From Azolla caroliniana (lineage: Eukaryota; Plantae; Polypodiophyta), in contig JBHGNT010000007.1 of assembly GCA_043228905.1 (NCBI GenBank), positions 4,154,001 through 4,218,000 of the forward strand: a stretch of 64,000 nt of DNA. The letters are read 5' to 3'. Positions 22,649-33,690 of this stretch are shown here, one piece after another. How positions within the stretch are numbered: position 1 is the first letter of the stretch; every line of letters starts with the position of its first letter. Made by a program: the position numbers and the translations under genes. The notes under the pieces were generated by a model. That model was not told the DNA's origin. It was given only the letters and a program-made list of their open reading frames with translations, and searched no databases.

Positions 22649-23326
22649 TGTCGTGAAGAAAACCGTCCAAGGGTGGAATTGGGGCACCAAGGCGTGGGAA
22701 CCGGCGCTTCACGCACGTGCGCGCCAAGTTGTACATAGAGGCGAATTAGGTACCTAGGAGGATCGAAGTGGTTAGATACGGTAGGTGGGAATTTAATGCC
22801 GAACGGCTCCTTCTTGACCGATAAAGGGAGGAGGACGGGGAGGAACAAAGGATCGCGCGGAGAGGACGAAGTGTTGTCGGACCGATTCTGGACGCTTCTC
22901 TCTCTGATCTCCTTCCCTTTTTCTCCATAGCTTTCCTGTGTAGGTTTTCGAGGAGGCTCGCGCTGTTTCGAGGAACTCCCGAGTGCTTCCGGCAGCACCT
23001 CCGACCTGCTCCCTTTTGTGCGACACAGCGAACAGGCATCGGCATCTGTTCGCCGGCCTGTTCGGTTGTAACCATCCTGTGCCCCATCGCGGGTTGTAGC
23101 TTCTTGATCAGATATTTGCTCATATATATATATATATATTCATTTGTTTGCGTCTACCTGTGTCGGCGTCTATTCGCGTTCTCTGTGTTGAAGGGCCGTG
23201 TCCCTGTGTATCCCCGGTCCTGCGTAACCGGTCCTCTCTCTTTCTCCACCCTCGCTTGCTCTTCGGTTCAAGACCCCCGCGGTCCCGCCTCATTTCTATA
23301 CGCACTTGCGTAATATCGCGACATCT

Positions 23327-23344
23327 TGGTGAACCCGACGTGAA
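23327..23344 (+). promoter_or_regulatory. PBS of B, complementary to the tRNA-Trp 3' end
   Basis: TGGTGAACCCGACGTGAA is the reverse complement of ...TTCACGTCGGGTTCACCA (plant cytosolic tRNA-Trp 3' end as recalled). Confidence 0.85.
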
Positions 23345-23366
23345 AGAGGCGGCAGAAGAGCAGGAA

Positions 23367-25493
23367 ATGAGGGGATCGGATCTTGCAGAGGCCATGGCTT
23401 CGGCCGTTGACCGGTTAGTAAACGCACGCGAGGGCTCCGGCGCCCTCGACAGAGCCATTGAGGCGGTCGTCGGTACAATTGGCCGATTCAGCGGAAAGGA
23501 TGCCACGAAGTACTTGGCGTCCTACGGTGCAGAGATGCTGATGCGGGACATTCCGGAAGAAAGGCGTCTTGCCGGATTTCCTCGAGTGGCGATGCCGAGC
23601 ATCCATGCGGAGGTGCTCGAGGTGCGGGCGGAGAGCCGTACCTGGGAGGAGTTCGAAGGTCGGCTCCTAGAGAAATACGGGCTGGACGACGCGCTCCGGC
23701 TTTCGAAACGAAGCTTCCTGGAATGGGTGGAGTCCCCCGGGAAGGGAAGAAACGCGTCGGCACTCCTCCGGGAGTTTGAGGAAAACTTTGCGCGCCTTTC
23801 GACGCTTGACCGAACGATCCTGGATACAAGCCGGGTCCTACTGTTCGTCAAGTCGGTGGACGAGCGGGATCGGGATCACGTGGGCGCCCTGCTGGAAACC
23901 GAAGACGGGCTGACGACCGACTGGGCGGCGGTTAAGAGAGCCTGCGGCCGTTTCAACAAACGGCGAGAATGGGCGGATAACGGGGCGACCGGGTCGGGCT
24001 CGGGGGCAGCAAGGAAGCTTGAACCGGCGCAGCCGGTGCGAAAGGGAGAGACCCGGGAGTGGCTGGAAACCGGTTCAGCTTCGACCGGCGTGATCAGAGG
24101 CTCGACCGGAGGTGCTGCGCTGGAGGAATTGACGAGGGCGATAAAGGACCTCCAAATTGCACAAGCCCGCAGGGAAGGCGGCGAACCGGCTCGCGACCGA
24201 CGGCCGGCAGCGGGAAACAGATGCATGTGGTGCGACGAGGTCGGCCACATTTGGAAGGACTGCGGCGATTTCGCAGAGGCGCTGAAGAACCGGGTGGTGT
24301 ACTTGTGGGAAGGCCGGGTGCACGCCAGCGACACCAGAAGGGCCCTAAACCGAAACGACGGGCGAGGAGGAATGAAGAGACTGATGGAAGAGGAGGCGGC
24401 CCGACATGCGGAAACCGTCCACTACTCGGCGTCGGCCGGCATTCAGGTCGGGGGCAGCGAGGCCCGAAAGGAAAGCAAAGCCGGATTCTGGTCGACGATG
24501 CTGGAAGGCCTCGCCGGTACGCGGCTGAAAGGGGACGAAGCGGACCGCGCGGAGAAACGGGTCCGGGAGATAACCGGGTGGAGCGACCCGGTCGAGGAAA
24601 AGACGGGCTTCGTGGAAGCCGCCTGCCAGAACTACGAGGCTCTGGTAGAAGAGAAGCGGGTGGGGAAAACCGGAACGACCGGGCCCTCACAATGATACGA
24701 GACCCGGTTCGGGCAACGACGGAACGAGGCCGGCGGGTCCAGTGCGCAAGATAACCCCAGGAAGGGCGGATACCGACTGGGGACGGAAATAGAGAGGACC
24801 ACGGACCTGCGGAAGGTCCTAGAAGAACGGATCCTCGATAGCAAGGTGGAGCTATCATTACGGGAAGTGCTAGGAATCGCCAGGAAGGAGTTCCACGACT
24901 CCATCGTGGACTTGGTGAAGCGGAAGAGGCTGTCAACGGAGGTAGAACCGGAAAGACCGGTAGAGGTGCGGACGACGCACCTAGACGACATGTCGCTGGA
25001 AGATGAGTGGGCGGAGAGCCACTATTCGAGGCCACACTGGGCCCGAGCGACCACAGAAACCCCGGTGAAGATCGGAGATGTCCAGGAACCGGTGGTAGCT
25101 TTGGTGGACCACGGTTCGGAGATCAACCTAATGTCCATGGACTTCTACAAGAAGGGCAAATGGCCGATCAACACCAAGCACGGGTGGAAGATACGGGCGG
25201 CGACGCTCGCCACCGAGGAACTGCACGGGGCCTGCCCGAACGTACGGGTCAAGATCGGCGACGTCGAGATTGACCAGCACTTCTTTGTACAGGAGACGTC
25301 CTCGCATCCGGTAATATTGGGAGAGCCGTACATCACGGCGGCGCGATTGGAGACCAAGGTGCTGAATAACGGTTCGGCCTATGCAAGGGTCAAAAGCCAG
25401 GACGGGCGCCGTTCGGTCCAGTTTCTGACGGTACGGCCGAACCACGAACGTAACCGCGACTCCCTCGGTTCCGAAAACCGAGAGGATTTTTAG
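23367..25493 (+). pseudogene. gag: gag-protease ORF of B (one TGA at 24693-24695)
   Basis: 23148-24695 and 24846-25493 share a frame; C has Arg at the TGA position; CMWCDEVGHIWKDC knuckle; LVDHGSEINL. Confidence 0.92.
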
Positions 25494-27820
25494 AGAGGAC
25501 TGCCAAGGCGTGGGGCCGCGACAGTCCGGATGCTCCGGGAAAACCCCACATCTGTACGATAAGACCGTGTACAATAGGTAGGAAATTTTGCTTCTCCGAC
25601 AGCGGAGCATGTACGATAGTCGGCATCGCCGGCCGAGAGAAGACAAAGACGGAGGGGAGACTTCGAGCGTGCGGAGTTCTCGGCCCTGACGAGGAAATCA
25701 ACGGAGCCGTGGAGGCGGTCTCCTTCGACGACACCTTGGGAATGCTGGGGAAGGTAGTCGAAGAAGACCTTAACGAAGACCGGACGATACCGGTATGTTC
25801 CGAAGAGATGTACGAAGCCATCGCGGACTTTGGTCGGGGGCTCGAGTCGGATCGGACGGCCCGAGTAAGCACCAAGTACAAGACTGTGGACCGGAAGGTA
25901 AGGCCAGTCGCGGTACCCTTACCGGAGGGCAGAGAGTCGCGAATCAAAGGGGTTGCATCGGACCCCAGTTTACGAGATCCGGCCTGCATAGGACACACCT
26001 TCACCAACGAGACGCTCCGGGAGCTCAAAATCGGTGGGGGCGGGTTCCTACTACCGGCGGAGGAAGACCGGTTTCGGAGAATGCTCGGAAGGCACGGGAA
26101 AGCCTTCGCATTCTCACCGGAGGAAATCGGGTGCGTAGACCCGACGATCGTAGAGCCGATGGTGATATTCACGGTACCGCATGTACCGTGGAATCTCAAG
26201 CCAATTCCGGTTCCGAGAGCTCACATCCCGAAATTGATGGAGCTGTTGAAGCAGAAAGTTGATATGGGCATTCTCGAGCCATCGAGCGCCCCGTATTCAA
26301 ACCGATGGTTTACCGTACCAAAGAAAAACGGATCATTGCGCTTCATTCAGGACCTGCAACCGGTCAATAGGGTGACCATTCGAAATGCAGGGATCGGACC
26401 GACCATAGACGAGTTCGCGGAGGCCTTCGCCGGAAGGTCAATTTACTCGGTCGGTGATCTATACTCAGGGTACGACCAGTTCCAGCTAGCCGTGGAGAGC
26501 AGAGACATTACGACGATGCGAACTCCCCTCGGCCTAGTGCGGATGTGTACGCTGCCGCAAGGAGGGACCAACTCGGTGGCCCACATGGTGAATGCGATGA
26601 ACAAGGTTCTGAGGGACTGCATCCCGGACATCACCATGCCGTTTCTGGACGACATCCCGATCAAGGGATGCCCGGTAGCAGAGAAGGACGAGACGATCGG
26701 GCCGGACGGATGCCGACGATTCGTGGCGACGCACATCGACGACTGCGAGAAGGTGCTGCAAAGGCTAGAGGATGCGAGGCTCACCTTCTCGGGGGAGAAA
26801 TCAGCCTTCGGGCAGTCGGAAATCATGGTGGTCGGACACTTATGTGGGCCATATGGCCGGAAACCGTCTCCGGCAAAGGTAGAAGCCATCTCCGCGATGA
26901 AGCCCGACTTCAGCTCGGTCACGGAAGTACGAAGATTCTTGGGAGCATGCGTGTTCTACCACATATGGATCCCGCATTACGCACACGTCGCGGAGCCGTT
27001 GTACGGGTTGCTGAAGAGAGGGCGAAGGTTCGAATGGCTTGACGAGCACACGGAGTCGGTCCGGAAGCTGAAGGAGGCTCTTTCGGCAGCACCGGCGCTC
27101 CGGAAGGCCGTCTACAAGAAGTGCACCCCAGTATACATAACGGTTGACACGAGTCCGACCGGAATCGGGTGGGTCGTCAACCAACAAGACGAGGACGGCA
27201 ATCGGTTTCCGATCCGATTCGGCGCGAAAGTCCTCAGTGAGCGGCAGCGAGGATACGCCCAGGTTAAACGCGAACTCTGGGGTATCGTTTCGGCGGTAAA
27301 GGCCGACAAAGACTATCTGATCGGGACAGAAGTGATTATCGAGACGGATTGCCTACCAATTCTCGGCATGGTTTCCGGATGCACGACACCGGACCTGGCG
27401 ATGCTCAGGTGGATAGCGTACATCAAGACCCTGGACCCGGAAATACGACACATTTCCGGAAAAGACAACGCCATGGCCGACATGCTTTCGAGGGCGAGGT
27501 TTGATGACGAGGGCGGCATGGTTTCGGAGGACGAAGAGGTCGGCGTGGACTTCTTCGAGGCAGCATACGTAACAACAGACGGGACGAGCACTCCGGCGCT
27601 TAACGACTTCGACGCGAGCAAGTACGACGGGGAGTGGCTGCGGATCGGCGGGTTCTTGAGGACAATGGCGCCGGATGCGTCATGGACGAAAGACGAGGCC
27701 AAGCGGATCCGGAAGAAAGCGTACCGGTTCTTTCTCCGGGATGGCTATCTATGGAAACACCCGAAGAAGAGGAGCGGCGTCCCGCTCCGGGTGGTGGCGA
27801 TGAAGGAAGAACAGGAGGAG
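25490..27820 (+). CDS. pol: RT-RNaseH of B, open in the -1 frame from the slippery site; truncated before integrase
   Basis: Open from TTA at 25490 (LERTAKAWG...) into ORF 25709; YSGYDQ, LPQGGTNS, PFLDD, TVDTS, ETDC. Confidence 0.88.
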
Positions 27821-30800
27821 GCTCGCGCTGTTTCGAGGAACGCCCGAGTGCTTCCGGCAGCACCTCCGACCTGCTCCCTTTTGTGCGACGCAGCGAACAG
27901 GCATCGGCATCTGTTCGCCGGCCTGTTCGGTTGTAACCATCCTGTGCCCCATCGCGGGTTGTAGCTTCTTGATCAGATATTTGCTCATATATATATATAT
28001 ATATATATATATTCATTTGTTTGCGTCTACCTGTGTCGGCGTCTATTCGCGTTCTCTGTGTTGAAGGGCCGTGTCCCTGTGTATCCCCGGTCCTGCGTAA
28101 CCGGTCCTCTCTCTTTCTCCACCCTCGCTTGCTCTTCGGTTCAAGACCCCCGCGGTCCCGCCTCGTTTCTATACGCACTTGCGTAATATCGCGACAGCGT
28201 GTTGTCCCGTTGTTACGCGCGTGCGTGGGGAAAGGCGAGACCACGGGGGTCTTGGACTAGGGAGTGACGGAGCGTAGGAAGTCGTACTTCACCGTTTCCG
28301 GGGCATCCCAGAAGCACACCGGAAGCAACCAAAGGGAGAGAGAGAAAGAGAGGGAGCGCACGCTTAACACCGACTCACGCACACACACGCACGCACACGC
28401 ACCGACCCGACTCACGCCCTTATGTACAAGAAACGCAGGAAAGGGGAAACACTCGACACCAACAGAGACGCGAATATACACAAACAGACGCAAATGTATA
28501 TATATAAGAGGAAGAATACATTCCCGGCTTCGAGCCGGACCAAGGTAGGTTACAGTAGTCGTCACCTGCCAAGCCGCCGGTCGGGGAGCTCACGGGCTTG
28601 TCGCGCCGAGCGGGGTCTTTTGCAGGAGACGAGTTGAAGCAAACCCTAAGCGAATACGAAGGGGGAGAAGAAGAAGAAGAAGAAAAAGAAGAAGAAATGT
28701 AACTAACCCTAAATCTAACGGTATACCCTCTAACGCAAAATGGGCAACCCCTTCACAAAGGGCGCTCCTCTCCTTTTATAGAACAAGGAGAGAGATGCGT
28801 TATAATGTGGGATAAATCCCGACTTACAGGGGATCGTCTGTCCCGACTTGACTACTCTTCGGTGCCATAAAGGCGCCCTCGTTATTCACACTAAATGTAC
28901 AAGGGTGAGCACACATGCCGCATCCCGCCGATGTAGCCAATGTTTCCCGGTTTCCGCCTCTGGCCGAAATTCTTCACGACATCCGCCCCCACCTAACCGC
29001 ACATCCACTGGTACGTGCCAAATCCAGTGAAGGGTGAGAGACCGGTTTTTTTAAGATTGCTTAAAGTGTGCGGCACTTCATCGGGGGTTGTTTGGGGTGG
29101 ACTCAAGTTTAGATCTTATTTGTATGTCTAAACATAAGTAGTGATATAGTTTTAGAAGAATAGAAAAGTGAGGGCGTGGGTGGGGGTTAGGGGAGTGTAG
29201 CTTGTTGAAGTTATCAAAAGTATTTAAACCTAATCAAAGTTTTTAGAACATATTAAAGATCATTGGGATAACTTAAGTTATTAGACAACAATAAAGTACT
29301 ATTAAAACACCAATATAGAGTATTATTAAAACGGGACCACACGCTTAGATGAACGGGAGTTGTTTAAACACACGCTTAAGCAAACACTTAAAAGAAAGAT
29401 TATTATAAAAAATAAAAATAAAAATAAAAATAGAAAAGAGAGATTGAGATTAAAAAATGATTATGGTTAAGAAGGGATTATGATTAAGGGGGAAGGGGTT
29501 GCTAAACAAAGTACTTAAACGAATGTTTAAACAAATATTTAGATAAGAAAACACTTGGGCAGACACTTAACGCAAGGTTATGATTAAAAGAGAAGGGAGG
29601 GATTATGGTTAAAGAAAAGGGGTCATGGTTGAGAAGAGAAGGATTATGATTAAGAGAGGAGAATACTTAAACAAATGTTTAAACAAAAAGTTAAACCTAA
29701 AAATGATTGAACAAGTACTTAAAAAAAGGGGTTAAACAAGTACGTAATAAAAATGATTATTAAACAAGTACTTAATAGAAAATGATTAAATAAATACTTA
29801 AAAACTTAAGACAAAAAAAATTTGATAAAAAAGTGATTAAACAAGTACTTAATAAAAATTTATTAAATAAGTACTTAAGAACTTAAGACAAAAAATTAGA
29901 TAAGAGCAACACATAGAAGGAAAGAAAGTTTTACTATCATAAGGCAACGATCGGCAAATGCATTTCGCCTCGATGGAGGCTCTTTAGTGCCCGATGTACA
30001 AATGATGAAAACTAAGCCTACTAGGTTGCTCTTCCACTGGTACATTCGGCCGGTGAGAAACCGGTCTTCCGTAATCCGCATCCCGGCTCGCTGCCGGTTT
30101 GATCCGTCGGCTTCGGTTCTTCCTTCGCGCTTACCTCCCCGTAGGCTCGTTCGACCCGTCGATGGGTCCTCTGCCGCGATCTCCGTAGTACACGTACTTC
30201 CGCTGGCCCTTGTTCGGCCGTATGAACGCCCCGCTCCCAGCCGTATGCCCGATGTCCTCCGCTCAGGGAACGCCCGTAGCGGCCCGTTTTTCCTCCGCTC
30301 CGTTCTCCACGCACCTCCTCCGTTTTCCTAGATACGACTCTCCGCTCATGCCGATCGCGCTCGGCCCATGTCATCGATCTTGGTGTTTCGTCGCGCCATC
30401 CTTCGTCCCGCGCTTGCCTCTCGAAGGCTTGACCCGACCGTCATCGTCGGTCAATCGTTGTCGCCCATCCGTAGTATGCATGCTTGTGTTTTGGCCCTCC
30501 ACTGGCCGTATTGCATGCGTCGTGTTACACCCTTCATCCGCCGTAGTCCCAACCTCCGCGTCGGTCTCTTCGTCCTTTGTTGCTGTAGCCCCTTCCGACT
30601 CCGGCTCGCCATCTGGGTCGTGCTCGACCGTCTTCACGCACCGGGTACCCGTTCCGGTAGCCTCATCCGTTCCGGTCTCCGAGTCCTCGCCGCCACCCGC
30701 ATACTGGTGTCCTTCGCATCCGAGGAACACCCCGTAGTAGCCCGCTTGGCCCTTCCCGTCTTCGTGCTGCTGCAACAGGTCCCGAGTCTTCCGCTTGCCG

Positions 30801-32339
30801 TCGTCCCCTCGCCCCCACCAGCTTGTCACCCTGGCTTGCCGTGTCAGTCTTCGCTACTTCGACGGAGCTACCGAGATCTACGAAGCGAGTGTGGAGGATC
30901 CTCCTCCGGCCTCTCTTGTCATCCCCTGACTCCGACCCTGTGCAGTCCACTAGGCACTTGTCACCTCGTTCCCGGCACCTCGCTTGTGCCATCTTCCGCT
31001 TCCTTTGTTCGGCACCGCCCGTGCCGAACACTGTCCCGTAGTCACGCTTCAATGCGGCCCGCGATGGCCACTTGCGAGACTCTTGTTTCGCCCCAGGTGT
31101 GCCTTTCCGGCCCGACACACCTCCTCGTGTTTGCCCCTACCGGCTCCTTCCAAAACCGTAACCGGCCGGTGAGGGTTTCGCACTTCGTCCGCCCCGTCTT
31201 ACTAGCTCCCTATCCTATCCGTTACCTCGTGTCGTTGGGTCCCGTTCCCTGCCGCCACCGTCCTTCTCCCTAGGTCTCACGTTGCCACGTTGGCCGAACT
31301 GCCAGGGTCTCCGAATCAGTGTGAGGGTCCCATAGGACCGGTCTTCGTTTCGTCGCTTGCCGAGATCCGGGTGTTTTTTGTTTGAGTCCCTCCCAGACTC
31401 TCCTCGTGTCTTCCGCGTAGTCGGGTCCCGTTTCCCGCCGCCACCAACCTTCTCTCTCGGTATCATGTTGGCCGAATTGCCGGAGTCTCTGGTTAAGTGT
31501 GGGGATCCCGTAGTACCGGACTTCCTTACGCCCACTGACCTTGCCGGAAGGTCCGATTTGGTTCATGGTCGCCTCGCCGGCCTGATACCTCCTTGCCGTT
31601 CGTCGCCTCCTCTCGTCCGATCACGTTCACCTGCCGCCACCGTCCTCTCCTATAGGACTCATGCGGGCACTCGGGCCGACAGCCGGATCGGTGTGAGGAT
31701 CTTCGTGGGACCTCCCCTTCTAATTCCCGACCTTCGCCCGGTCGGTCTTTCTCCCCATGTAAAAGAGGGCGGCTCGTCCCACACCCTCTTCCGTATCGGC
31801 ACCTTCATGCCGAACCCGGCCTCGGTCGAACAATCCACGACCGGATTACGCTCCATCCGAATCGGAATGTCAATCTTCCCGTGCCGCCTCCATCCTTGGC
31901 CTTCTCGCAGGCCATTTCCCATCCATCTTCGCTGGCATCGTGTTAGGACTCCTCGGTGCCGCCATCCATCTCCTCGGTCTTGCATGGGCATACGGGCCCG
32001 AATGCCGAGTTCTCCGGAATCGGGTCCGTGGGCTTTCGTTCGCTCCTTCCCCGTATTGTCTCGCCGGTGATTCTTGGTCTTTCGCCACCGCCTTCCTCCG
32101 CTTGGGACTCACGTGGGCACTCGGGCCCGACTGCCATCGTCTCGGGAGCAAGTGTGGGAAGACGCAAAGAATCGCCCGTCCGTTTTACGCCCTTGTCTTT
32201 ACCCACTGACTCTTCATGGTCGGCGGTCGTCTTCTTACCGATCGTGCAAGCCCCGCATGGGCTTGCTTCTCCGATTTCCGGGGTTTCAGGCTGACACGCC
32301 CGAAACCGTTGGTCCCAACTATCCGTTTCCGCGATCTGT

Positions 32340-32940
32340 ATCTCGGCCTCGTCCTTGGTCGTTCTATCTCCGCAAGTCGAGAGGGCGTTTTGTTCGGCGC
32401 ACTCTCTCGTGGTACCGTCGTGGTCGCCCGCCTTGCCGCCGCCACCGCCTGTCACTCTAGGTCTCACACCGGCTCTCGGGCCGGTTGCCGGAGTCTCTAG
32501 GCCCGGTGTGCGTAAGGTCCCGGCACCACCGCCCGTCTTCTCTCCGCTCGATGTTTCGGGCCTCCATGCTTGAACTCCCTCATGTCCGCTCGAACCGGTG
32601 ATCGCCGCCTCACCGTCCCGACCTTGTCCTCGATCGATCTTTCTCCGCATGTCGAGAGGGTGGCTCGCTCTGCACCCTCTCCCGTGGTAGCATCGTGGTT
32701 GCCCGCCTTGCCGCCGCCACCGCCCGTCACTCTAGGTCTCACACCGGCTCTCGGGCCGGTTGTCGGAGTCTCTAGGCCCGTCTTCTCCCCGCTCAATGTT
32801 TCGGGCCTCCATGCCCGAACTCCCTCATGTCCGCTCGAACCGGCGATCGCGGCCTCACCGTCCCCGACCTCGTCCTCGGTCGATCTTTCTTCGCATGTCG
32901 AGAGGGTGGCTCACTCCGCACCCTCTCCCGTGGTACCGAT
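32340..32940. repeat. ~250-275 bp tandem duplication in the internal region of D
   Basis: gcccgccttgccgccgccacc at 32426 and 32701; cgatctttct..gcatgtcgagagggtggctc at 32635 and 32881. Confidence 0.85.
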
Positions 32941-33690
32941 GTACCATTCTCTTTCAGCCTCCTCATCCTCCGATCCGTTGTCGAGGTATTCCTCGCGGAT
33001 GCATGGAATGAGGCGGGACCTCGGGGGTCTTGTACCGAAGAGCAAGAGAGAAAGGAAAAGAGACCCACTACGTGCAAGCGTAGATTCACAGGGACACGGC
33101 CCTTCGACACAAAGACGCGAGTGGGACAGCGACACAGAGAGACACGAATGTATGTATGTATTAACAAAGACAACAACAAAAACACGAAGTCGGTTACAAC
33201 CGAACAGGCTGGCGAACAGATGTTGATGCCTGTTCGTAAACGCACAGAAAGAAAAGAGTAGGTTGGAGGTGCTGCCGGAAGCACTCGGGCATTCTCAGAG
33301 CAGCGCGAGCCTCCCGAAACCTGCACAAAAAGCAGCCACGGAGTTTGCGAGCCAGAGAGAGAGAGAAGCCTTCGCCCACAAACCGACAGCACTTCGTCCT
33401 CGACTCTCCGCGATCCCTTCCTCCTCCTCGTCTCCCTCCTTTTATAGGCAAGAAGGGAGCCGTTTCTTATTAACTTCCTACCTACCGAATCTACCTACCT
33501 AGGATCTCCCATGTCCCTAATTCTCTCTTATGTACAACACAAGGCATACGTGCATGAAGAGCCAGTTCCTATGCTCCGGCACACCGATTCCGCTTGTGGA
33601 CGGTTTTCTTCACGACATCCGCCCCCACCTAACCGCGCATCCACCAGCATGCGCCAAATTGAGTTGGGACGGAGAAAACCGGTCCAGCCT

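Larger units (their letters stand above)
22649..28196 (+). mobile_element. Gypsy element B (integrase and U3 of the 3' LTR deleted); 4-bp TSD GCGT
   Basis: 5' LTR 22649-23323 (TGTCGTGA...TCGCGACA); 3' LTR remnant 27815-28196; TSD at 22645-22648 and 28197-28200. Confidence 0.95.

Noticed and set aside
24693-24695. TGA between Gag and PR in A, B and C as a possible readthrough signal
   Set aside because: The stops fall at different codons in each element, and B and C each have Arg where the other has TGA; CGA-to-TGA decay is the simpler explanation
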